Below are positions 8,885-18,130 of a stretch of DNA of 57,291 nt, one piece after another (the first letter of the stretch is position 1; each line of letters starts with the position of its first letter). A program made the translations under genes and the position numbers. The notes beneath the pieces were generated by a model. That model was not told the DNA's origin. It saw only the letters and a list, made by a program, of their open reading frames with translations, and ran no database searches. Source of the stretch: Candidatus Uhrbacteria bacterium (GTDB taxonomy: Bacteria > Patescibacteriota > Patescibacteriia > JACQRZ01); assembly GCA_016209345.1 (NCBI GenBank), contig JACQWH010000029.1, forward strand, positions 1 to 57,291, read 5' to 3'.

Positions 8885-10003
8885 CTATTCGCGAAGCGCG
8901 AGCCCGATAGCGACGGAAAACTTCGGTCCTATTGTCTCCAACACCGGCTTGAGATCCGCGGGACACTGGATAAACGACCAGGGGTCGCCCACGAACACGC
9001 GAACATCAAGTGTCTGGGATAAAAACTCCGCTATGCCCGGCATGAGCGCGGTACCGCCGGTCAAAATAATCTTCTCGATAACGCCGGCGGCTTGGGCGGA
9101 GGGCGTAAGCGTATGACTTTTATACAGATCAATCGTGTAGCGGATTTCATGGACGACCGGCTCGAGCGCGGTCTTGATAATGTCGGGAATGCCGCCGGTG
9201 CCGGTAGCAGCGCCGTCTGTGCCCGACCGAATGCCGATATCCCGCTTGAGTTGTTCTGATCGTTTATCCGCGATATGCAAACTGTTGGAAATTGCCCGGG
9301 TAATCCCCGCGCCTCCGTGTTCCAAACTTCGTCCGAAAAACGGCACCCCGTTTTGCATAATGATAATATCCGTGACAGCCGAGCCAATCTCCACAATCAT
9401 AATCTCCCCGGGCTGTGACCCCACGATAGAGCGCGAGAGCGCGAACATCTCCGTTTCAATGCTCACCAGATTCAGCCCGCACATCCCGAATATCTCGGTA
9501 TATTTCTGCACCGTCTCCTTGGCCGCGCCGGTAATGAGTATTTTAAGCGTATCATTATTATTCGGGGATGGCGATGCTTGTTTTTTCCCGAAAGGAATTT
9601 TGAGAAGCGACTGCTCTTGTTTCGGGTTGAGGATTTTATAGTCAAGGATAATCTCATCAAGCGGCAGGGGAATAATTTTTTTCGCTTCCCAATGCACTGC
9701 CGAGTCAAGCTCATCGCCGGAAAGCGGCGGAACGGTAATCAGCGAGGTGAACACCGCGTATGTGGGAAGCGCGGCGGTTGCGCGTTTTGTCGTACAGCGC
9801 GCTTTTTTGACCACCGACTGTATCGCTTGTGCCGTGAGTCCCGAATCCTCTTTGCCAATGGTATGCAAATCGCGCTGAAAATCCTCAACAAACCCATACG
9901 TCACCAATGCATGGCCGTTTTTCACTCGCGCAACCTCCAGGACCTTGATGCTCGACGTACCGATATCGACACCGAGAATATTTGTTTCTTTCTTTTCAAA
10001 CAT
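8885..10003 (-). CDS. pilM: Type IV pilus assembly protein PilM (actin-like ATPase)
   Basis: N-terminal GVDIGTSSIKVLEV phosphate-1 motif and overall FtsA/PilM-like sequence. The ATG at 10003 is preferred over the TTG at 10021. Confidence 0.85.
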   Translation of the reverse strand: MFEKKETNILGVDIGTSSIKVLEVARVKNGHALVTYGFVEDFQRDLHTIGKEDSGLTAQAIQSVVKKARCTTKRATAALPTYAVFTSLITVPPLSGDELDSAVHWEAKKIIPLPLDEIILDYKILNPKQEQSLLKIPFGKKQASPSPNNNDTLKILITGAAKETVQKYTEIFGMCGLNLVSIETEMFALSRSIVGSQPGEIMIVEIGSAVTDIIIMQNGVPFFGRSLEHGGAGITRAISNSLHIADKRSEQLKRDIGIRSGTDGAATGTGGIPDIIKTALEPVVHEIRYTIDLYKSHTLTPSAQAAGVIEKIILTGGTALMPGIAEFLSQTLDVRVFVGDPWSFIQCPADLKPVLETIGPKFSVAIGLALRE

Positions 10004-10037
10004 AAAAACCCTGGGGGACAATTACATATTCATGCGA

Positions 10038-10046
10038 AGTATAGCA
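10038..10046 (-). promoter_or_regulatory. Candidate extended -10 box (TGCTATACT) upstream of pilM
   Basis: The minus strand reads TGCTATACT, 34 nt upstream of the pilM ATG. It belongs to the recurrent TG-n-TATACT motif family seen in this window. Confidence 0.35.
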
Positions 10047-10063
10047 TATATTTTCCGAACGCT

Positions 10064-12343
10064 CTACCACAGCGGGAGCGATTTTGAAAATTCCGCAAGG
10101 CCGGGGGGAGGGTTGACCAGCATGCGTCCGGTGTTGACGATGATCTCCGAACCGCGGTTGCGTCCGCGGTAGACCCGCTGAAACATCATATTCCGAGCGA
10201 CAACGATTCCTTCAATCTCCAGAGGAACATCATAATAGTTCGTTTGCAAAACCGTACATGACGCGCTCCCGTCCGGCTGCTCGCTTTGCGTTCCTGTACA
10301 CGTATCGCCGCGGTCGGGACGAATGGTATGCGTTGTTTCAAACGAAACGCCCAAAGCAGAACATTCGCCTGCGCCCTGTCCGCCGTGCCCCGTACCCGTT
10401 GCAAAGGCATGCTCGGCAAAAAACGTTCCCGCGATCCGCGCAAGCTGTTTTCCTTGAGCAACATCATTCTGCGTTGGCGTACTGCTTGAAGCAAGGCAGT
10501 CGTCAATACTGATATTCCCCCCCGCCTTCCAGTCATCATCCGATATGTCTGCCGGCTTGCCGGGAGGAAGCGCTACGGCAGGGGTCACTCGCTCAAGGAC
10601 GATCCAGGAAATTGATGCCAGCTGGCGTATGTCCTTGACCGCAAGGGAACTATACTCGAACGGACGCTTGATGATAAGGTTGCCGCGAACCACGACGGTT
10701 CCCGCGCCGGGCACGCCGTTCATCGAACTGTAGATAATCTTTTTATCCGCATCATCTTCCCCGAGCACCAAGTCACCATCGTGATAATAAATGACAGCGC
10801 CCAATCCGTTTGCCGAGCTTGTCGCGGCGCTCCAGATTGCCGCTTCGTCGGCAATCCTTCTGACAAGATTTCCTTTTGCGTTTTTCTGCGGCACAAACGC
10901 ATCGGATGCGGGCATAAACCCGGACGTGTCAACGGTGCCAAGCATACTGCGCTTGATAAAGGAACGATTGGCGTTTTGGGACGCGCGCGGAAATGAAAGA
11001 TCGGCCAGTGCGCCTCGCCGCTCTTCCGACGGTGCCCTCGCGCGCGGATCAAATTGTTCTCTTCCGACACGGGAGCATGTCGAATTATCCGGATTGTCGC
11101 ACTCCCCCTCCCATGGAGCAATGACGCCCCTTTTTGTCTCACCGCCCTGGGTATATCGTCCCGTAATAATGATGTAGGGAGTATTGACTTCGCCGGGGGG
11201 CGGGGCGACGCCCGCGAATCCTTTTTTTGCAAAAATGTTTCCGCCCAGGGTTTGAACCCATACACCCGTAAACGACGAGTTCCACTTGCTCCTCTTCGCT
11301 GTCGTGTCATAGCTAATCTCCGTGCATTTCGCTCCGCAGATATTGGGATTCTGCCACAATGAACGGAATGCGTAGCTTGTGCTTCCTGAAAATGATATCC
11401 AGCGAACGCGCGGACTCCACGCCCATCCGACAAATTCCTTTTGCCAGGGATCGTACATGACTTGGTAATGGCAGACGTTCTCTTCCGGATGCAGGATGCA
11501 GTTTTTTCGTTCGGGCCAATTCACATACTCAGCGCCCGGCTCTCTGCCGGGGACGGGAACGGGAACGCTCGCGCTGTAAATCCTGCCGCCAAGTTTTACC
11601 CACCCGTCTTCCTTGAGCTGGCGTATCTTCAACCATCCGTTCACCGGATAGCGGCAATACTTCAGCGTGCGCTTGTTTTTCGGAATATGCTGCGCCATGA
11701 CCTCCTCTGCCGTCATTATTTTTTTCTCCTCGTCCGGCAAGAGCGCTTCATATACTCGCTCGGGGTGGTCGTAATCAAGCTCAGCGTACGCGCCTTTCGC
11801 GACTTGCTGTGGGTAAGCGTCTCGGTCAAGCGGATAGTCATCCCACGGCGGACGCATGCACGTCTGCCCGTCCGGATTCGTGCAAAAATTCTCCGAGCCA
11901 TTATTCCATCCGTACTGATCGCTGTCTCTCTTGCCGCATGTCTTGCCCCAACAGATAGACGGACAGTTGTTTGGCGTTCCCCTTTTTCGCTCCGCGGCGC
12001 AGACAAGCCGGCTGTATGATGACCAGCCGTAAATCTCGGCGCCGCTTTGCGGAGGTTCGTTTTTTTCCGGCAATTTTTGAACGCGGAATGGTGACGACGT
12101 GTCGTCAGCGGGCCACTGATGATAGATCCATCCCAGCATCGTATTCCAGGCGTTCCCGCCGATTGTCGCCGATTCGCTTTTCAGTCGTTTGAGTTCGGGG
12201 CATGGCTCGTCGGCGACGACATCATCGACCGACTCATCTGCCCGAACGATTGCCGCACGACCCGCACCACCAAAAATGACGACCAGGAAAAAAATGATCG
12301 CGTATGCAGCCGTGATAGTATGCGGTATGGTTCGTTGTATCAT
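10064..12343 (-). CDS. Large secreted/anchored Cys- and Trp-rich protein, unknown function
   Basis: 759-aa ORF with an N-terminal hydrophobic anchor (AAYAIIFFLVVIFGGAG). Many Cys/Trp/Pro-rich segments. No family recognised. Confidence 0.6.
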   Translation of the reverse strand: MIQRTIPHTITAAYAIIFFLVVIFGGAGRAAIVRADESVDDVVADEPCPELKRLKSESATIGGNAWNTMLGWIYHQWPADDTSSPFRVQKLPEKNEPPQSGAEIYGWSSYSRLVCAAERKRGTPNNCPSICWGKTCGKRDSDQYGWNNGSENFCTNPDGQTCMRPPWDDYPLDRDAYPQQVAKGAYAELDYDHPERVYEALLPDEEKKIMTAEEVMAQHIPKNKRTLKYCRYPVNGWLKIRQLKEDGWVKLGGRIYSASVPVPVPGREPGAEYVNWPERKNCILHPEENVCHYQVMYDPWQKEFVGWAWSPRVRWISFSGSTSYAFRSLWQNPNICGAKCTEISYDTTAKRSKWNSSFTGVWVQTLGGNIFAKKGFAGVAPPPGEVNTPYIIITGRYTQGGETKRGVIAPWEGECDNPDNSTCSRVGREQFDPRARAPSEERRGALADLSFPRASQNANRSFIKRSMLGTVDTSGFMPASDAFVPQKNAKGNLVRRIADEAAIWSAATSSANGLGAVIYYHDGDLVLGEDDADKKIIYSSMNGVPGAGTVVVRGNLIIKRPFEYSSLAVKDIRQLASISWIVLERVTPAVALPPGKPADISDDDWKAGGNISIDDCLASSSTPTQNDVAQGKQLARIAGTFFAEHAFATGTGHGGQGAGECSALGVSFETTHTIRPDRGDTCTGTQSEQPDGSASCTVLQTNYYDVPLEIEGIVVARNMMFQRVYRGRNRGSEIIVNTGRMLVNPPPGLAEFSKSLPLW

Positions 12344-12367
12344 GCGTGATGGTTTATTTCCTCATTT

Positions 12368-12396
12368 TTGACGTCCTTGCATGATTAGTATATACT
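12368..12396 (+). promoter_or_regulatory. Sigma70-type promoter for the Clp ATPase gene
   Basis: TTGACG (12368..12373), a 17-nt spacer, then TATACT (12391..12396), 29 nt before the ATG at 12426. The -10 lies inside the perfect palindrome GATTAGTATATACTAATC (12383..12400). Confidence 0.5.
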
Positions 12397-12425
12397 AATC
12401 GCAGAAAAACGTGTAGTGTATCGCT

Positions 12426-14696
12426 ATGGAAACACTGTTAAAAAAATGCTCTGACAATCTTCTGCATATTTTCGTTCAGGCGGCAAAGCAGGCGGTTGCG
12501 CAAGGGAAGCGGACCATCGATCCGTGCCATCTTTTTTTCGGCCTTACCCATCCTGACGTGATGGCAGGAGCCGCAAACGGGGGTGCGGCAAGACCCGCGA
12601 AGAAAAAAGTGCGGATCGCCGCGCTGGATTTCTCGCCTCTCAGCGCGCATATTCTTACCCAGGCCGCTCTGTTGGCCGACTCATTGGACCACACAACGCT
12701 GGGCCCTGAACATCTGTTCGTCACGCTCTTGCACAGTACGAACCCGAGTGTCAAAAAAATTCTGAAAAAAAACGAGGTTGATACGCTGTCGCTCCAACAT
12801 CAGCTTTTGTCAATCGTCGACCACTCGACGAAAATACTTGACCTGCTGGACACGTTCGAGCCGCAAGGCGCGGAACATGCCGCGCATGACCACCACCATG
12901 CCCCGGCGCATGCGCCCGGCCCCCAGACCAAAGCCCCGTCTGCGCTCGCGTTTTTTTCCACCAATCTTACGGATGAAAAAAATGCCGCCCGACTCGATCC
13001 CGTCATCGGACGGGGTCCCGAGAGCGAACGCCTTATCCGCATCCTTGCGCGGCGCACAAAAAACAATCCCATTCTTGTCGGACCGCCCGGCGTTGGAAAA
13101 ACAGCTATTGTTGAGGGTCTCGCAAAACGCATTGCGCAGGGCGATGTTCCCCCGTATTTGGCAAACAAGCGCATTCACTCGGTCGATCTTGCTTTGCTCA
13201 TCGCCGGCTGTGCCTTTCGGGGCGAACTGGAAATACGCCTCAAGGCGCTCATAGATGAAGTGCGCGCAAATGAAAACGTTATTCTTTTCATCGATGAAAT
13301 ACATAATCTCGTCGGCGCAGGATCGTCAAATGGCTCAATGGATGTGGCAAATATCCTCAAACCCGCGCTCGCTCGAGGTGAGCTCCGCTGTATCGGCGCA
13401 ACGACCTTTGAAGAATACAAGCGGTATATCGAAGATGATTCCGCGCTTGAACGCCGGTTCCAGCCCATTATTATCAAACAGCCAAGCGCTGAGGAAACGC
13501 ACGCCATTCTCGAGGGCATTCTCCCCTCCTATGAACGCTATCACGGGGTGACGATCATGCCAGAAGCGCTTTCTCGCGCTGTGTATCTGACAGACCGCTA
13601 TGTGACGGAAAAATATTTTCCCGACAAAGCAATAGACGTTATCGACGAAGCGGCGGCGCAGGCAAAAATCGACCCTTCCCTGAATGCAACCATTACTCCG
13701 CAGATAATCGCCACCGTTCTTTCGGCAATGACAGGAGTCCCTCTTGCCGCGTTGAACCTGGAGGAAAAAGAAAAGTTTCTCACGCTTGAACACGCGCTTT
13801 CCCGCTCCATCGTCGGGCAGGATCATATAAAAAAGGAAGTGGCAAAAAGTTTTCAGCGCGCCTACGGCGGCCTGCGGGAAAAAGGGCGCCCGCTTGCATC
13901 GTTTCTCTTTCTCGGCCCCAGCGGCGTTGGCAAAACAGAATTGGCAAAAGTCATCGCGCAAGAGCTGTTCGGCGCCAATGGACTCATAAAACTGGACATG
14001 TCGGAATTTTCAGAGAGCTTTTCGGTCGCACGGCTTGTCGGCGCGCCAAGCGGCTATGTCGGATACAAAGAAGGAGGGCGGCTCACGGAGGGGGTTCGCA
14101 GAAATCCGCACTCGCTCATCCTCTTTGACGAAATCGAAAAGGCGCACCCGCGCGTGCTGAATGTATTGTTGCAAATTCTTGATGATGGCACTCTTACCGA
14201 CATGGCGGGACGCGCTGTTGATTTTTCCAATACCGCCATTGTCCTGACATCAAACATCGGATCGAGCGCATGGAACGGCAGTAGCTCGCTCGGATTTGCC
14301 GCCGGAAACGACACGCGCGCAAACGACACGCGCGGTCGCGTACTTGAAGAGCTCAAAAAAACCCTGAGCGCCGAGCTGCTCAATCGCCTCGATCACACCC
14401 TTGTCTTTCATCAGCTCGAAGAAAAAGATATCCGCGCCATTATTTGCCTACAACTCGAACGGCTCAGGGAAAAAGTATGCGGGATGAATGTCACTCTTTC
14501 ATGGAAGGACAGTGCGGTAAGCGCGCTCTGCAAAAACAGTGCGTTATCGGGTCACGGCGCGAGAGACATACGCCATCATATCGAAGAACATATCGAAGAC
14601 CTTCTTGCCGAATCGCTCCTCTCACGCAAAAATGACAATGAGGCGCTGCCGCTCACGCTCTCCTACCGCTCAGGGACATTTACCCTGCAACGATAA
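12426..14696 (+). CDS. ClpA/ClpC-type AAA+ chaperone ATPase (two AAA modules, no long middle domain)
   Basis: Contains a Clp-N repeat region, Walker A GPPGVGKTA and GPSGVGKTE, sensor motifs, and an LGF tripeptide (SSLGFAAG) resembling the ClpP-docking loop. Confidence 0.85.
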   Translation: METLLKKCSDNLLHIFVQAAKQAVAQGKRTIDPCHLFFGLTHPDVMAGAANGGAARPAKKKVRIAALDFSPLSAHILTQAALLADSLDHTTLGPEHLFVTLLHSTNPSVKKILKKNEVDTLSLQHQLLSIVDHSTKILDLLDTFEPQGAEHAAHDHHHAPAHAPGPQTKAPSALAFFSTNLTDEKNAARLDPVIGRGPESERLIRILARRTKNNPILVGPPGVGKTAIVEGLAKRIAQGDVPPYLANKRIHSVDLALLIAGCAFRGELEIRLKALIDEVRANENVILFIDEIHNLVGAGSSNGSMDVANILKPALARGELRCIGATTFEEYKRYIEDDSALERRFQPIIIKQPSAEETHAILEGILPSYERYHGVTIMPEALSRAVYLTDRYVTEKYFPDKAIDVIDEAAAQAKIDPSLNATITPQIIATVLSAMTGVPLAALNLEEKEKFLTLEHALSRSIVGQDHIKKEVAKSFQRAYGGLREKGRPLASFLFLGPSGVGKTELAKVIAQELFGANGLIKLDMSEFSESFSVARLVGAPSGYVGYKEGGRLTEGVRRNPHSLILFDEIEKAHPRVLNVLLQILDDGTLTDMAGRAVDFSNTAIVLTSNIGSSAWNGSSSLGFAAGNDTRANDTRGRVLEELKKTLSAELLNRLDHTLVFHQLEEKDIRAIICLQLERLREKVCGMNVTLSWKDSAVSALCKNSALSGHGARDIRHHIEEHIEDLLAESLLSRKNDNEALPLTLSYRSGTFTLQR

Positions 14697-14708
14697 CACT
14701 TATGGAGT

Positions 14709-15239
14709 ATGGAAGATACGTCTGAATTCCCCGACTCCCCTTCCTCGTCGCAATCGTCGCGTCGACAAATCATCCAACACATGAGTGTCGTCGAAAAGCA
14801 GATCCGCGAAGCCGAAAAAAAACAAAATCAGTTCAAGGATGAAGCGCGCGCCCACGAGCAGAAAAAAAATCTCTGCTCTGTTCTGGTTGGCGTTGCTATC
14901 GCAAACGACGGCATGACAGTACTCGCCGACGTCGTGAGCTTTGGGATGCTTGGGTCACTCACCGCTCCGACACCCGGCATACTGCGATTTATGGTATCGG
15001 CCTATGAACGAGAACAAAAGCCCGAACGCCTCCTGCGAACAGTTGCGGTGATGGGCTTGAAAGCAATACCGGTCATTAACGTCTTACCCGCGACTACATT
15101 TCTCATGGTTACCGATCTTGTTGAGGCAAGCGCAGACATGGACATGGCACGAAATAAAAAAGAGGCGCAGGAAAAGAAGATAAAAATTTTGCAGAATGAA
15201 TTGCGGCAGCTCCGAGTCGCGGGACAGCAAGCAGCGTGA
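14709..15239 (+). CDS. Hypothetical protein (coiled-coil ends, hydrophobic core)
   Basis: 176-aa ORF starting 12 nt after the Clp gene. Its last ~24 codons are duplicated in inverted orientation at 71..147. Confidence 0.55.
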   Translation: MEDTSEFPDSPSSSQSSRRQIIQHMSVVEKQIREAEKKQNQFKDEARAHEQKKNLCSVLVGVAIANDGMTVLADVVSFGMLGSLTAPTPGILRFMVSAYEREQKPERLLRTVAVMGLKAIPVINVLPATTFLMVTDLVEASADMDMARNKKEAQEKKIKILQNELRQLRVAGQQAA

Positions 15240-15262
15240 GGTGTGCACCATTTTTTGAAGTA

Positions 15263-15271
15263 TGGTATACT
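15263..15271 (+). promoter_or_regulatory. Candidate extended -10 box TGGTATACT
   Basis: The identical 9-mer occurs on the sense strand upstream of three other genes (20260..20268, 32063..32071, 49391..49399). Here it precedes the type-2 hairpin and the TolB-like gene. Confidence 0.35.
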
Positions 15272-15303
15272 GGAACAAATTCAGAAATTCATGCTCTGAT
15301 GAC

Positions 15304-15430
15304 TAAGCACCAAATCAAAAATCTTAAATCACAAATAAATCTGATCAAAATTCAAAACAATCAAAAAGCAGCGCTCTTTTGAATTTGAGATTTGGAACTT
15401 ATTTGGAGCTTGAGATTTTGGATTTGTAAT
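15304..15430. repeat. Type-2 AT-rich long hairpin element, copy X
   Basis: The left arm TAAGCACCAAATCAAAAATCTTAAATCACAAATAAATC... pairs imperfectly with the right arm ...GATTTGGAACTTATTTGGAGCTTGAGATTTTGGATTTG. Homologous in reverse orientation to 34396..34508. Confidence 0.55.
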
Positions 15431-15433
15431 TTA

Positions 15434-15483
15434 CCCCCCCCCCGAACCTACAACCTACCTCCTACCTCCTACCTCCTCCTTCT
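15434..15483 (+). repeat. C10 homopolymer followed by CCTAC-type short repeats in the 5' leader of the TolB-like gene
   Basis: CCCCCCCCCC (15434..15443) is followed by GAACCTACAACCTACCTCCTACCTCCTACCTCCTCCTTCT and then the ATG. Confidence 0.6.
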
Positions 15484-16719
15484 ATGCCCTGGAAACGCAT
15501 CCTCCTCATCATCGGATTCATTGTCGTCGTCATCCTGCTTGGCGCGTTGATTTGGTTTTTCTTTTTCCGTCCAACGCCAATCGCCATATCTCCTGTTCCG
15601 ACCCCGCCCACGCCGAGCCCGCTCCCCATACCCGGCCCGTATATCCCTTCGCCCGGGCCGCTCCCAACACCGACTCCGACACCCTCCCCCCTTCCTGAAC
15701 AGCCACAACTCCCAAAAACCGCCGAGGAAGCAAAAGGAGGGCCCGTCCAGACAACGCAGATTCAGCCGGATGCCAACATCGCACCAGCCCGTTCCTCTGA
15801 CGGCTCAAATGTCGTGACGTTCGACTCCTATACGGGAACATTCCACCGCATAAAGCCGGACGGCACTTCCGAACAGATCAGCGATCAAACATTTTCCGGC
15901 GCCACGAACGTGACGTGGTCGCCGAACGCGGACAAGGCAGTCATTGAATTTTTGGACGATACGAAAGTGGTGTATGATTTTTCGGGAAAAAAGCAGATTG
16001 CAACGCTTCCCAAACATTGGGAATCGTTTAACTTCTCTCCGGATGGAGAAAAAATTGCGTTCAAAAGCATCGCGTCAGACCCGGACAACAGATGGCTTGC
16101 AATAGCAAATGCCGACGGATCGGGCGGCACGCCTATCGAGCCGCTTGGTAAAAAATCCGAACAATTCACACCCCTCTGGTCGCCCTCCAACCAGATTATC
16201 GGTCTCTTTGAAGAAGGACTGGACGGCAATCGAAAAATGTTGTACTTCATCGGACAGAACAACGAAAATTTTAAGTCGGTGACTGTCGAAGGACGTGATA
16301 TCCAGGCGCAGTGGTCCCCGCTCGGTACCCAACTCCTGTACAGCGGCTATTCATCGCGCGCTGGCTTTCGTCCCGAATTATGGATTGTCGACGCGCTCGG
16401 GAGTACGATTGGAAACAATCGCAGAAAGTTTGACATCCAAACATGGGCGGAAAAATGCACATTTGCCAACAACGAGACGCTCTACTGCTCGGTACCAAAA
16501 ACACTTCCCGAGGGCGCGGGGCTTCTTCCCATTATCGCCGAACGCGACAGTACCGGAGAGGCCATTTATAAAATCGATTTGACGACAGGCGAGAAAAGAA
16601 AAATTGCCGAACCGGACGCAGCGCTTATTCTCACCAATCTTGTCGTCTCGACCGATCAGCAACAGCTGTACTTCACCGATAAATATTCCAAGAAACTCTA
16701 TACGATACAACTCCAATAA
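15484..16719 (+). CDS. TolB-like beta-propeller protein with N-terminal anchor and Pro-rich linker
   Basis: PD40-like repeats (WSPNADKAVIEF, FSPDGEKIAFKS, WSPSNQIIGLF, WSPLGTQLLYSG) follow a TM helix and a PTP-rich linker. Confidence 0.6.
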   Translation: MPWKRILLIIGFIVVVILLGALIWFFFFRPTPIAISPVPTPPTPSPLPIPGPYIPSPGPLPTPTPTPSPLPEQPQLPKTAEEAKGGPVQTTQIQPDANIAPARSSDGSNVVTFDSYTGTFHRIKPDGTSEQISDQTFSGATNVTWSPNADKAVIEFLDDTKVVYDFSGKKQIATLPKHWESFNFSPDGEKIAFKSIASDPDNRWLAIANADGSGGTPIEPLGKKSEQFTPLWSPSNQIIGLFEEGLDGNRKMLYFIGQNNENFKSVTVEGRDIQAQWSPLGTQLLYSGYSSRAGFRPELWIVDALGSTIGNNRRKFDIQTWAEKCTFANNETLYCSVPKTLPEGAGLLPIIAERDSTGEAIYKIDLTTGEKRKIAEPDAALILTNLVVSTDQQQLYFTDKYSKKLYTIQLQ

Positions 16720-16733
16720 ATGCAAATAAATTA

Positions 16734-16892
16734 CTTTGAATTACGAAACTACCAATAATGCCCCACGTTGTCATTCCCGCGAAGGCGGGAATCCAGTCCA
16801 TAAAATGATTTTTCTTGTTGGCTGGATCCCGGTCCCCGATCCAGTCGGGGACAGGCCCTCACGCGCCGGGATGACAGTTTCGTAATTCAAAG
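16734..16892. mobile_element. Type-1 MITE-like element (complete copy)
   Basis: Terminal inverted repeats CTTTGAATTACGAAAC / GTTTCGTAATTCAAAG. Internal hairpins TCCCGCGAAGGCGGGA and GGATCCCGG..CCGGGATG. No ORF. Copies at 1..40 and 35845..36018. Confidence 0.65.
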
Positions 16893-16921
16893 AAATTAAC
16901 CAAATTAGGTTAATTATTACC

Positions 16922-18130
16922 ATGAATATATCTCGTTCAGTTCACTTTATTGTCATTCTTGCAATGGCCGTCACCGCCCTTTTTGCTATCCCCGCCTTTG
17001 CCGCGCCACCTGCCGGTACCGGCAGCGTGCGCCTCTCCGGTGATACATTTCCGGATTTTACATTTCAGATACCGATTGGAAATATCGCCGTCATTAACAG
17101 CGATGAAATCGTCAACGGAACGGCAATCGCCATCTATATCGGCATCATCTATCAGTGGGCGGTGGCATTTGCGGCCGTATTGGCTGTCCTTGCGTTCACC
17201 TATGCCGGCGTGCTATGGCTTATTGCCGGCGGGGATAGCGGCAAAGTGACGGAATCGAAAAAAATCATGGGCAACGCGATCATCGGACTCCTGCTCGCGC
17301 TGGGGTCGTATGTGTTTCTCAACGCGATCAATCCAAATCTCGTTCATTTCCAGCCGCTCAAAGTACCGGCTGTCAAAACCATTTCCCTGAATCTTACCCC
17401 CGCGTCAATCACTTCCGGCGGCATCACGGCCACCTACGATGTCGGACATTTTACCGCTCTTGGATTTCCGGCGCCAAACACGGAGGATGACCCCGGTAAA
17501 AAAATCCCGCTCAAGGGTGAAGTTCTCAACAGATGGCAGACATTGCAGCCGCTCGCCATGAAAGCGGCCCAGGCAACCGGCACCGACGTTGGCTTTATCG
17601 GCATGTGGCCCCTCTATGAGAATGGATTTGATACATTTATGGACAACTGCCAAGATACGGACACCAATCAAAATACGCCGTGCAGCGCATGGGGAGACGG
17701 TTGGCAGGTTGGCCTTGGCGTTCATCCGGGCAATATGCTTTGGGCATACGATGGCGGCTTTACCGCGATGTACGGCGATGCAAGCGATGCCACCGTACAG
17801 AAAGTAGGACAAAGCGTTCTTGATGCCGCGAGAGCCGCGGGCAAACCGATTACCATTGTTTCCAATCCATTTCCAGCCGCTTCTCTTGCAACAACGATTC
17901 AGAGCGCAAAAAACGGAGATCAACAGGCCCGACTCCTTATCGCGACTCTTACGAAAGACCCTGCGCTGGGACTGTACCTTGTTGGCGCGCATTTCGGCTC
18001 ACGCGATCTGGGTGGCCGTGGAGCAGATCTTGCGCGCGTGATGGATATGTGGGATAAAAAGGAGAAGGATGGCTACTACCACCCCCAGCGTATCAGTAAT
18101 TATATTAAAGCGGTCTATGACGCAAAATAA
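16922..18130 (+). CDS. T4SS-pilin-like (TrbC/VirB2-like) domain fused to a C-terminal soluble domain (possible glycosidase/VirB1-like)
   Basis: Signal peptide, then two hydrophobic helices with the GDSGKVTESKK loop (IYQWAVAFAAVLAVLAFTYAGVLWLIAGGDSGKV...LLLALGSYVFLNAINPNLV), typical of CPR/Gram-positive T4SS pilin-like proteins. The ~230-aa C-terminal domain is unassigned. Confidence 0.6.
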   Translation: MNISRSVHFIVILAMAVTALFAIPAFAAPPAGTGSVRLSGDTFPDFTFQIPIGNIAVINSDEIVNGTAIAIYIGIIYQWAVAFAAVLAVLAFTYAGVLWLIAGGDSGKVTESKKIMGNAIIGLLLALGSYVFLNAINPNLVHFQPLKVPAVKTISLNLTPASITSGGITATYDVGHFTALGFPAPNTEDDPGKKIPLKGEVLNRWQTLQPLAMKAAQATGTDVGFIGMWPLYENGFDTFMDNCQDTDTNQNTPCSAWGDGWQVGLGVHPGNMLWAYDGGFTAMYGDASDATVQKVGQSVLDAARAAGKPITIVSNPFPAASLATTIQSAKNGDQQARLLIATLTKDPALGLYLVGAHFGSRDLGGRGADLARVMDMWDKKEKDGYYHPQRISNYIKAVYDAK

